Assembly (NCBI GenBank): GCA_964016885.1 | Contig: OZ024743.1 | Location: 267,220,001-267,284,000, forward strand | Length of the DNA stretch: 64,000 nucleotides | Origin: Eledone cirrhosa | Lineage: Eukaryota | Direction: 5' to 3' | Part shown: positions 41,791-53,991 of the stretch, one piece after another | How positions within the stretch are numbered: position 1 is the first letter of the stretch | Layout: every line of letters starts with the position of its first letter | Made by a program: the position numbers and the translations under genes | The notes under the pieces: generated by a model | Databases searched by the model: none | What the model was told of the DNA's origin: nothing | What the model saw: only the letters and a program-made list of their open reading frames with translations

Positions 41791-42667
41791 GTTAGGGTGA
41801 TTATGTATTCCGGTTGTTTCCGGTTTCTATTCAAATATCATTGCGATAAGCTTCACCTCTCCTCCTTCCGAAACAATAATATAAACATAAAACCAGTCAA
41901 GCACATGTATCGATTTGATTGATTATACTGAGTATTTGTAAGAAATCAGTATTATTTTTTATTAGTAATTAGTGTCCCAGGTTTTTCACCCTGCAGTGTT
42001 TAGTTACATGTTTCTGATTTCTGAGTTAAAATACCACCAACATTCACTTTTACATGCCAATCTCATTTCCGTTAAACCCTTAATTCGATTAGAGAAACTA
42101 AAAGTTGTTGTTGATTCAAACGAATATGAGGAGTATGGACGAAGTAAAATAAATTCATCTACTGCGAAGGACAGAAGTAGCAGCAAGCAAATGATAAAAT
42201 AATATAATACACATGTTGTAGCCACCCGCGATATTAAATACCAGGTAAAGCAATATATATTAAGAATATAGATTAACGATATAACCTTTTTGTGCAACCG
42301 GAAATATTTAATGTTAAGCAAATTCAACCCTCTATTTCGTTAATGACCACATATACTGTATGCAATTGCAATACTGGTAGACCCAACCTCAACTGGAAAA
42401 TTTAACATGCCAACTGTGTAAATCCTACAAGAAAATCAGATGTATCATAAGAACACCTGAATTAATTACTCCATATCAATATCAGACGTCTATTTAAACC
42501 ATGTGTGTGTATGCGCGTGTGTTTATATATATGCTTATTAAAGTTGACCTGTGTAACAGACCGCTGCATCGACATTAATGACCTATTAATTGCTACGTTT
42601 TTTTTTCATGAAATTTCAATAGTTTATTATATGAAATTAATGGATTCAAAAAGGCATACAATACATG

Positions 42668-43139
42668 TGTGAAAGTGACGTCCGATCCATTTCCCTCCAC
42701 TACAAACTAACTTACTCTCCACCACCAACTAACATACCCGGGTGACAGGATGGAGAATGCATTGCCCCAGACGCGCTGGAACAGACACTATACCCCGTGG
42801 CACTAGCACAGGGTCTATCATAAACCTATCCGAGAGCGGCCGATATCTGTAAAGTTTTTCATCTTCGGCTTAGCGCATAGCAGAGCCTGGACTGGTAGAC
42901 GAACGTACCAAGTTGTCACTTGAGTAGGTGTCACAACATGAGGTATCACAGATGAGAGGCCTACCCCAAGAGAACGGGAAGGGAGGCGGCCAGCACTGTA
43001 ATGGCATAACAGTGAGTGGATACCGAAAAGATTTACAATGGTACCACATCGGCACTTGTGAGGCTTACCGCCCGTTACCTTGTTATTGAGTACATATTAA
43101 AGCATTCGTTAAGACAAAACCAACGCTCAAAGATTCACA
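42668..43139 (+). mobile_element. Possible solo LTR (GC-richer island)
   Basis: Ends TGTGAA...TTCACA are 6-bp inverted repeats; ATTAAA ~40 bp before the 3' end; no TSD seen. Confidence 0.35.
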
Positions 43140-43208
43140 TAAACACATTTGTCTTTATCTTTTAATATCTATATTATGTCTATATGTCTATATGTATGTT
43201 TCCCCCTC

Positions 43209-43285
<77 letters not shown>

Positions 43286-43434
43286 CTGAGAGAGAGAGAG
43301 AGAGAATACATATATGTATACTGTGTGTGTGCGAGTCTGTCCGTATACAATGGTGATGCATAAATGTGTAACAATTGAGTCAAACGAATTTAATAGTGTA
43401 AAGCGTTGAATGCAATGATTAGACAAGATTATTT

Positions 43435-43618
43435 TAGTGGCAGTATTGGTAGAGGGTCGGACGCCATGCTTTGACGTATAGAGTTACGGCCCTTGCCATT
43501 CTGAGTTCAAATCCCGCCGAGGTTAACTTTGCCTTTCATCCTTACGGGGTCGATAAAATAAAGTACCAGTAATACACTGGGTAATTGCTGGCCTTGTGCC
43601 TAACGTAGAAACAATTAT
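43435..43618 (+). mobile_element. tRNA-derived SINE
   Basis: Full family match. Confidence 0.9.
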
Positions 43619-43764
43619 TTTAGTCTAATTTTACATAAATTGATTCCTTATTTCTACCGGGCGATCCATTAAATATATGAAACATCATTTTCTTTACATA
43701 GGACAGAATCTCCAAAACCCCGTGATTATGCTCACTGATAATTTTTCTGACATAAAAACAACAT

Positions 43765-44155
43765 CGGCAATTTTGGGGAAAAGGAAAATATGTCATATTG
43801 ACTCCATTACATAAATTACATATATTTGATGTAATGCTGAAGGGTGAAATGCAAATTTGAGCTTAGCGGGATTTGAACACAGAGCGCAGTTAACTGGAAT
43901 CCGAAGCATTTTATCTGACGCGCTAATGACACTACCAATCCGCTATTCGTAATGATTCCCAATTTTGAGGTAAGGCGAGCAATTTGGAGATAGACGATTT
44001 TATCGAACCCGGTAGTTGACTAAAACCTTATTTCATCGACCCCGCAAGGATGAAAGGTAAATTTGACCGCGTCGGATTTGACTTCTGACCGTAAAGAATT
44101 GGGATTTACACCACAACATTTTCTTCGAGACTCTAATAAGACGGCCAATCCACCA
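43765..44155 (-). mobile_element. Two adjacent old diverged SINE copies
   Basis: GCGGGATTTGAACACAGA...ACTACCAATCCGC and ATCGACCCCGCAAGGATGAAAGGTAAATTTGACC...GGCCAATCCACC. Confidence 0.65.
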
Positions 44156-44766
44156 CATTTGTTATGTGCAATAATAATAAAACGCTATTCAGCTTCACGG
44201 AAAATTGATTGCGTTGCTCCCAGAAAACATGTCTTCAACTTAAGAATGTCATAAGTTCCTTAATGAGAACATTTGTAGAATGTTAGTAGTATTGAGAGAA
44301 AAATCATTTTCATCTCCATCCGTGGAGAAATTTGATAAAGGCAGGTGCATTAAGCATCTCTCATTCAGAAGTTAATTGAGCTGCACAAAACGCACTATTG
44401 GTGAAGCTATTATGTATAAATCCATCGGCAATTTTTGTGGTCATATCTGTCTTTAAGATGGTGGCCTATTTGAACATCGACGAATTCACAAGGCCAAACA
44501 AAATATTGCCAATTTAAGTTCAGGCGTTAGATTGCGTACTACTATTTAATGAGACATGATCTTTTAATATATTTTTGATTAAAAATCACAGTAGCATACA
44601 TAAATATACACTTCTGCACATGGATATGAACATACGTTACATTGTTCAGAGGGTCTGCCAAAAGACATGTCTGGTTCAGGCGAACTTAAAGAGCCATGGT
44701 CGAAAATACAATAATGTTTAATTTAGTCGCGCTCTCCCTCGGAAATGTGAGGACAACCATAACATA

Positions 44767-44836
<70 letters not shown>

Positions 44837-45208
44837 AATGCAGAAGACATCCACATATTGTTACTCACTTAAAAAGCATTTATTTCTACAATCGTTTTAA
44901 TATAAACAATTTCGATTCCCAGGCGGATTTTTGAGTACTAAACTAGGAGTTTACTTGCTGTTTCTATTGATAAAACACAGAGTACTTTAAAGTTTCCATA
45001 TGTTAAACTGTAGATACCACAATTAAAATGTATTCATAACTAAGACTTCTGCCTGGGAATGTTGTCTTACAATTAATCCTATGCATGCGCTCCAAATCAA
45101 TTTATTGAGAAAATTGTAAACAACGAGATCGGAATCACTGGATATCGATCTAAACCCTTATTGTTATTATTATTATTATTGTTCTTTAAGGGTGTATTGT
45201 TCTTTAAG

Positions 45209-45393
45209 GGCGGTGGATTGTCAGTGTCGGTAGAGGGTCGTTGCAGCACAGTTACGTCCCTTTACGGACTGAGTTCAAATCCCGCAGAGATTAACTTTTC
45301 CTATCATCCTTACGGGGTCGATAATATAAAGTACCAGTAATACACTTGGATAATTGCTAGCCTTGTGCCAAAAGTAGAAACAATTATTATTAT
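45209..45393 (+). mobile_element. tRNA-derived SINE inserted at the 3' terminus of an R4/Dong element
   Basis: Full family match; TATTGTTCTTT present on both sides (45195-45205 and 45391-45401). Confidence 0.88.
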
Positions 45394-48300
45394 TGTTCTT
45401 TGAGTTTCAGCCATTGATGTTATCTAACGGGAAAATTTGTTGAAATGAATATCAAGCCGTTACCTGCAGCCTCGGACATTCAGGATGTATCGGAGGTTTG
45501 TTGCTGTTCCCAACAAGCATGCCTTTTGAAGTGTTCCAAAACACGGGGTTGGACTAATCTTCTTTAACCATCCTTGCAACTCTTTGAGATAGTACCTAGT
45601 GCGCCTATGACAATCAGGAAGACCTTGACTTCAGAGCAGTTCCAAATACTTTTAAAATCCCACTTTAAATCCTGGTATCGGTTAATTTTCTCCCTCTCAT
45701 GTTCTTGCACTCGCGTCCCAAATAGGCAGGCTACATCTACAATCCGGCACGATCTTTTTTCCTTGTCCAAAACCACCAGGCTAGGCTTATTGTATTCTAA
45801 TTTCTTATCCGTCTGTATCCAAATATCCCATAGCACCTTCACCTAATCATATTCTATCACCGACTCTGGCTTATGCTCATGCCACTTCTAAGAATGTGGT
45901 AAATTGTTTAGTTTGCATATATGCCAGTCAATCACCCTGCCTATCACATCATGTCTCCAGCCTTCATAGTGAGTCTGGGCTAGGTGTTTACACTCGGATA
46001 CAATGTGAGCCACAGTCTCCTCTCTCTCTCTCCACGGATCCTACACAGTAGGCTAGCCTCCTCCTTGTAAATATGGTGTTTCAGCCACTTCGTTTTGAGG
46101 GCCTGCTCTTGCGCAGCCATTAGCATTCCTTCAGTAGCCGTTTTAAGATCTCTTCTTCTCAACCAGTTCCATGTCTGTGGATCTCTGAATTCCGTTTTCT
46201 CAAAGAATGTACTATGAAGGGATTTTTCATGAAGGTTGCTCTTTCTCCTTGTTGTTATTTCCTCCTTGGACATCCCCTGGTCTATTGTCCACTCATTCAG
46301 TACAATTCTGAGCATTGGCTCCTTATTATAGGTCACGTATTTGTGTAGGTTGTTTTCTCCATCTGAACACAGTCCTCTATGCTGATAAGACCTTTCCCCC
46401 TTCAGATCTCCTTAAGTAGTGTCTATCAACATCACTCCTCTTGTGGAACATGTTGTAGATAGTCAATAGCTTCCTAGTCTTCCTATCCATTTCTTTTTGT
46501 TCAGCAACACTCCATCTCAGAATTCCCGCACTGTAATAGACACAGCTCGGGAATTTACTGCACTTATGGCATTCCTACTGTTCAGATGTGACTCTAATAC
46601 GCTCCTTACTCTCCGAATGTATTCGATCTTACCAATTCCTTCATTTGTTTGTTCTTGATGTCATCTGCCGCCAGAACACCTAAATATTTGTATCCTTCTT
46701 CAGTATCAATTTCTTTTATCATCTCACCTGTTGGTACCCGGATTCCGTTGCTTCTGCTCAATTTACCCCTTTTCATGACAAGGACTCCACACTTACTAAT
46801 ACCAAATTGCATACATATATAATTGCTGAAAATACGGACAGTGTCAACAAGTACATCCAACTCCTTCTCACTCTTCCCGAAGAGCTTAAGATCGTCCATG
46901 AAGAGGAGGTGATTGATGGTAACCTCTCCCTTTCCCAACTTGTATCCTGCTCTCACTTTTCGCAGTATACTGGCCAGGGGCATCAGGGCAAGGACAAACA
47001 ACAGAGGGGACAGACTATCTCCCTTGAAGATACCTCTCTTGATCTTCACGCCTCCCAAGGATTCTCCAGATGATGTTAACTCTGTTTTCCAGGACTTCAT
47101 ACTTTTGCTCAACAACTGTCTGATGCTATCTGCCACCTTGAAGATTTCTAGGCTTTTGGTGATCCAAGAATGAGGCACCATGTCAAATGCCTGTTTGTAG
47201 TTTATCCATCCCATAGAAAGAGCAGTGTGTCTCCTACTGCAATTCCTCATTACCATCTTATCAATAAGTAACTGGTCCTTTGTACCACGGGACTTCTTTC
47301 GACATCCTTTCTGTTCGTCCGGTAACAAGTTGTTTGTGTGGATGCGATGGTAGATTTTCTCAGACACAATGCTTGTCAACAGTTTCCACATTACGGACAG
47401 ACATGTGATAGGTCTATAGTTGGTAATATTATTACCCTTGATTCGGTCTTTCATTACCAGAACTGTGGTACATTTTGTCAACCACTCTGGTACCTCATCT
47501 GACATCAAGCAGTCATTGAACATAGTTGTCATTTCGGGTGGAGGGATGTTACATTTTTAATCCAATACCCCTGCACACCATCTGGGTTTGGTTATTATCA
47601 GTTGGTTAGTTTTTTGGCCTGCCCCTTAAGAGTTTCAACTGTGATACTCAAATCAGTTTGTTGGTGTGCCTGTTCACTAATCTCCTTTTGTACTGTCTCA
47701 ATCCACACTGTCTGGTCATTATGTTTAACATCCTGCTCTCATATTCCTCTCCAGAATGTCTTAGTTTGTTCCGCCTCATGGATCAAGTCGTTGCCTCTTT
47801 CTTTTCCTTCAAGCTGTCCAAACAACATATTCTGGTTGTGGTCAATCAAGCGGTTCTGTCTATACTGACTGACTCTGCTCTCGTATCGCCTAATTTTTGC
47901 ACTCTTTGCTACAATGCTTTGCTTCAGTTCCTCTATGATAATATTTAGAGTTTTCCTCCTAGTTTTGTACTTTATTTCCAGTCTATTTTTAGTGTCTATG
48001 TTTTTAGTGTCCCATTCAGTAGGGACTCAAGCTTTCCAATGTCATTTCTCATTTCCCTGATTTGACCATTCATTCGATTCTTCCACCAAGGTTCTGATCT
48101 TTCTTGTTTGTTGTTTCCTCTCGGTTTATGCCAAGTAATTTCCTCAGCGCAGGATATTGTTGCACTGGTGCAGGCTCCTCGCCCCAAGGTATGGGATGAC
48201 TTTTTTTTACCTTAGCTGTTGTTTATTTTAACTTTTGCCTGTCTACAAATCTTAGGTTCATAGGTTTCCCACTATCATTGTTCATTTCATCTACCACTAA

Positions 48301-49728
48301 GTTTAGGATATCAACCAAATCTTGTCCTAGCCCGTCAGCATTCATCTCCTCAATGGTTGTATCTCTGTTCCAGGTATTATTTATTTCAGCATTCAGATCA
48401 TTGTCTGCTTCGGATGGTTCCTCCGTTCTTTCAACATTTTCACCTTAATTTTCCACTGGCTCGTTTGCCTGGCATACTCTATTCTCCATTTCCAACCTAA
48501 TCTCTCTGCTCAGTTCCTCCAGTTCCAGCTCGCTTATCCACCCATTAGTTCTTATTACCCGAGCCTGCCCGGCCAATTTTTGTTCATCTAATTTAAATAG
48601 ACCAATCTCGTTCCAGATGCTATGCATCCGTTTCCTATAGCCTTTTTCCTTGGGGTACTCTTCAGGTAACATTGCATAACAGTTCTATTCAATTCTTTCG
48701 TCCAGTTGGTTCTGGTCCATTTCCTTCTTCTTCCTCCTACACCAGCAGTATTTGGTTGACATACAGGTCCCTGCTGCTGCGTCAGAGAGCACCTACCGGG
48801 TGAGAGTCTGTCACATGACATTCCAGTCTCCACATCACCGTTATTCGAACTGTTTAGGTTCGACATTGAAACACTCTTATCGAGGATTGGTGAATGTATG
48901 GTTACATAACCACCGGTGATTTGATCACCCTTGGTGATTTTAGCGTGGCACTATCACGCTGTAGACGAACATAAATAAACAAACAACCAAATAGGTAAAA
49001 CCCCCCAAAAATAAGCATAAGTTTCATTGTAATGTAATTGTTGAATGTCTGACTTAGTTTTCTGCTTGTCTGTCTGTTTGTTTTTCTTTTCTTTTTTTTT
49101 TCTTTTCTTTACGTTTGTCGTTGCTGCTGTGCTGTTTTGATTTTGATTTTTGATTTTATGATTTTTTGACCGGGTCATCAAATCAGTCTATTTATATCTT
49201 TTGATGCCTTCCTCATTTTCTGGGAATACTATGATGCCTGTCTTAGCAGGAGGTAGTGGGAGAGAATAGCAGCGGTAGCGATAATGAGGCAGTGGTGGTG
49301 GTGGTGATGTACTAGTAGTACTTAGCAGGAGGTATTGGGAGAGAATAGCGGCGGTAGCGATAATGAGGGAGTGGTGGTGGTGATGTGATCGTAGTACTGT
49401 AGTGATGGTGTTGAAGTTGAAGTAAAAATAGAAGTTAGAGCAACTTGACTAGAGTTTTTGGCGTGGTAGTGGTGATGGCGTCGGTGGTGGTTATGGTGGT
49501 GAAATTATTTACCTGTCTGTCCACTTCTGATCCAAAATTAAATATTAAATATTGGAGCCCTATGCCGTAATGTGATTGCGTTGTCGCCTGCTGATGGTTA
49601 AAACTGTAATCTTATATTTCATTTGTAATAAGAATTATTCTATCACAGTTGTTTTAAATAAGTAAAAATCAAGAACTTACGGGAACGATTCTATAACGAT
49701 ATATATCCACTATGTTCGTTTTCTTCCC
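45394..49728 (-). mobile_element. R4/Dong-clade non-LTR retrotransposon, family A, full length but decayed
   Basis: Fragmented ORF ~48866-45470: NYRPITCL, GIFKGDSLSPLLF, LLFMDDLKLF, CRIRGE, VLWDIWIQTD..IVDVACLF..VIGALG; 5' region homologous to 57480-58360; bounded by (ATT)n. Confidence 0.92.
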
Positions 49729-49751
49729 TTATTATTATTATTATTATTATT

Positions 49752-52700
49752 ACAGCTGCATTTATCTTGCTTTATGTTCATACGAGTTATCACCAAGTCA
49801 CAACCAGTGACCTCAAGAGACAACAAGGTCCGCCATGTTCAAGAAAGAACATACATACTCACACATGCATCTTTAGTGTTTAGACTTGTGATGTACTTAT
49901 ATTGACAGAATCTTCCTTAGTATATGGGCAGTTCCCATTAGTACTATCTTTTGTATTTCTCCTATACGCGGGTTTCCTGGGATTTGCGATAAGTAATCAT
50001 TAGATCCCTTAGGTATCATTCCTAGAGCGCCTACAACCACTGGTATTGTTTTAGTTCTCAATTTCCACATTTTCCAATTTCTATCTCCAGGTCCTTATAC
50101 TTGCTCAATTTTTCAAATGTTTTTATAGATACATATCAATTAGCAGGCATACCCTCTTTTTAAAGTCCTTCAATATTATATCAGGTCTATTTGCATCTAT
50201 TTTTCGGTCTGTTTGGATGCTAAAGTTCCAGAAGATTGAGATGTGATCTTTTTAAAGTATGGGAGGTGGTTGATGCTCCCACCAATTCTTTTGATGGGGC
50301 AGGTCAAAATGCTTACACATTATCCAATGTATGTATTGTGCAGCTCTGTCATGCCTGTTTAGGTATTCGGTTGAAGCTATAGGACTGCACATTGAAATTA
50401 TATGGTCAATGGTCTCTGGTTGTTTTTTACATACACGGTATAATGGGCTGCATCCATTTATTATTATATTGGCTTGGTAAATGTTTGTTGGCAGACACTG
50501 ATCTTGTGCTGATATAATCAATCCTTCAGTCTCCGATTTCAGTCAAGAGGATGCCAACCACTGATGGGTTAAAGTTTTGTCAACATCAGGATTGTTAGCT
50601 CGTTCTGGATATTTTCCATACAGAGGCTTTTCTTGCCATTTCTTAGCCAGTTTCTGTAGCAGTTCTTTCTTTGCAGTTACTTTTACCTGCTTTGCCTTTT
50701 CTGTGTTTTCCATTTCAGCAGTGTCTAACTGGATTAACCCACGTCTTCCTTCTTTCCTAGGGAGATATATTATATATGTATCTGCCTTAGGCTGATGCAT
50801 TCTGTGCATGGTTAAGAATTTTCGAATTTTTGTATCGAGCCTACGGATCGCTGTGCTTGACCAGTTGATGACATTGTAACTTTAGGTTACTACTGGCATG
50901 GCAAGCGTGTTTATGGCATCGATCCTATTCCTTGCATTCAATTCCGTTCTTAAGATTGCTCTTACTCTGCGGTAACATTCCTTCCTTATCCTTTCCCTCA
51001 TTGTCGAGTGCTTGATTCCGTCTCCGTCACAATAACCTAAATATTTGTAAGTTTCCTATTGATCAAGTTCTCTTATCACATTCCCTCGATCAAGATTAAT
51101 GTCTGAACTTTTCAGCAGCTTTCCTCTGGTGAACGTTGCTTTGGCGCATTTATCTAATCCAAACTCCATTTTAATGTCATCACTGAACTGCCCCACAGTG
51201 GATAATTGCCCTTGCAATTGTTCATCATTTTTTGCAAATAGTTTCAGGTCATCCATGTAGAACAAGTGATTAATGGTTTTGTCATAGACTTTATATCCAT
51301 GTTTTGTTTCATTGAGCATTTTACTTAATGGTATAAGTGCGATGCAGAATAAAAGCGGTGATAAAGAGTCACCCTGAAAAATTCCACAATTAATATTAAC
51401 TTCTCCAGCTTCCAGTGATTTTGTTTCACTATTCAAAAGGAGTGTTGTTTTCCATGTATTCATACTGAATGAGAAAAACCTCCTGACAACGGGGGATATT
51501 TTAAAAATCTCTAAACATTTTTCAATCCAACACTGTGGCAAATTATCGAATGCTTTTTTATAACCTATCCAAGCAATTGATAGATATTTCTGTCTATTAT
51601 GACAATCTTCCAGTATCATTTTGTTAACCAAAAGCTGATCCTTACAGCCATATGAGCCTCGTTTACACCCTTTCTGCACAATGGGAAATAGGTCATTTGT
51701 TATCAGGTGTTCATATGTATATTCAGTTAGGACTGATGTTAACATTTAATACATTGTGGTCAAGCAAGTTATCGGTCTGTAATTTTTGGGTTTGTTTGTC
51801 TCATCATTCCTCGGAAGCAGGAATGTAATGCCGTTAACTAGCCATGATGGTATCTTTTCTGGCTCCTTAACTATTTCATTGTAAAGTTGGGCTAACAGCT
51901 CATGAGACTCTGAAGGCATTTATCCAAAAATGTATTTTGTCTTTTCCTGGGGATTTCCATTTGCTGGTTTTTCTTAGAGCCAAACGCAACTGTTCAACTG
52001 TTATATTTTCCCATATTTGTTCCTCAAGGTGAGCTGTATCTTTCATTGGTCTGTCTATCCATGGGGCATGTATATTATGAACTTTTTCTTCGGCCCAGAT
52101 CTTTTCCCAGAATTCTTGCACTTCCTCCTTGGGTGGTATTGATTTAGCAGTTATTGTTGACTTACCAATTTTTCTGTAGAAGTTTCTTTGGTTGGTTTTG
52201 AACATATTATTGTCCTTATAGAATCTAGATCGTTTTTCAAAGCGCCTTATACGAGCAGCTTTGGCCGACACTTTTTGCTTGATTATTTCTATCAGCAATG
52301 CCTATGTCACTTGTTGGTTTTATACTGTACTTTCTTTTCAATTTTCTAAGTTTAGTTTGTTTAACATGTTCACCTACTTTATAATTTTATAAAATTTCTA
52401 TGTCAGATCGGAGAAGGTTTATTTGGCGATTGATGTTGTCTTGCCAAGTAGATTTCTTGTGGGAATTCCTTTGTTTTTTCATCTTCACTCCACATAAGTG
52501 AGTGGTGACTTTAGCCGATGCATAATAGAGATGATTTAAATCAGTAATGTTTAGTTTGTTTGTGATGATAATGTTTTTGATAATTATGTTAGTCCTGTGT
52601 ATTATCTTTTGGTTCCGTTTGGAGTTCTGGATCTTAGGGAGGGTGTCTCGTTCCCCCATGTCAGTTTCTTTCATTTTCATCCATTCGATCATAATTTCAT

Positions 52701-53547
52701 CCTCCAAGTTGGCAAGTTCATTCTCATTCATTTCTTTATCATTTACGATCTCATTGTTTTCATTTGGAGTTTCATCTTGAGCATGCACTCCCTCCACTTT
52801 TTCGATCCTATCTTTAATTTGTCAGTGATACGGCCCCAACCCTGGGATTCGAAGTGTTACAATTTACCTTGTTTTCACTGACACATGTTTCATTTTCCCT
52901 TCGCTACCTTTGTGCTAATAGCTTGATCTGATCAATTTCTATATCAGTTAGTACCTTTTTTTTTACAATATTTCTTCGTATATTGGCTAGTTTGTTACTG
53001 TCAATATAGCCTCTGTTTTCGGGATGTTTCTTTTTCCAGTTGATATATGTCTGTTCTGTATTAGATGTATTTGATGGGTAGTACATGCAGTGTAGAAAGC
53101 CTCAAGGACTTCTTTATTATCTTCCCTTGACCATTTTTCTCTATTTTTCTTTGAATTTCTTGGTGGTGAGCATGGAGGGCCAACAGTAGGCGTATTCCGG
53201 TTATGGAAGGTCTCCAGCTACGTAGTGATGGGAAGGTTTGAACCATTAGCTGATTTCTCGACCCCAGTCTGGTTCCTCTCTGAGGGACGCGGCCCTTTTT
53301 GACCCGGGTGACGGCCGATGCGGTAGGAGATTTTATCATTTGACATTTACTTTATTTTGTCGCGTTTTATCCTTATCCGCGAATGGGTAATCATTTCGTG
53401 TTACCACTTCTAGGACGAGTGTCAACCAAGACTAGAGGGGTTTTCCTCCCCTAGACACACGGCTAATCCCCGGGATTTCTTGGTCACGGGGTTTTCTTTT
53501 TTGTTTTTTAAATTGTTATTATCATGAGTGGTTCCTTAATGTGAGCC

Positions 53548-53550
<3 letters not shown>
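49752..53550 (-). mobile_element. R4/Dong-clade non-LTR retrotransposon, family B, full length but decayed
   Basis: Fragmented ORF ~53339-49900: WKSPGKD, GIFQGDSLSPLLF, LFYMDDLKLF, VCKKQPETIDHIISMC, RHD; bounded by (ATT)n at 49729-49751 and 53551-53618. Confidence 0.92.
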
Positions 53551-53618
<68 letters not shown>

Positions 53619-53676
53619 GCTGGACTTGTGCCAAAAGTAGAAATAATAATAATAATAATTATTATTATTATTATTG

Positions 53677-53927
53677 TTCTTTGAGTCTCAGTCATTGATG
53701 TTAGTTAACTGGAAATTTTGTTGAAATGAATATCATGCCACTACCTGCAGCCTCAGATATTCAGGACGCATCGGTGGGTTCTTGCTGTTCCCAGCAGGCA
53801 TGCCTTTTGAAGCGTTCCGAAAAGCGTAAAGGGGTCAATTTTCTTTAACCATCCCTGGAAACATTTTGAGATAGTACCTAATGCGCCTATGACAATCGGG
53901 ACCACTTTGACTTCATGGAAGTTCCAA

Positions 53928-53928
<1 letters not shown>
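53677..53928 (-). mobile_element. 5'-truncated R4/Dong family A copy (3' 250 bp)
   Basis: IWNFHEVKVVPIVIGALGTISK..LQKACLLGTAR + same 3' UTR; (ATT)n both sides. Confidence 0.9.
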
Positions 53929-53990
<62 letters not shown>

Positions 53991-53991
<1 letters not shown>

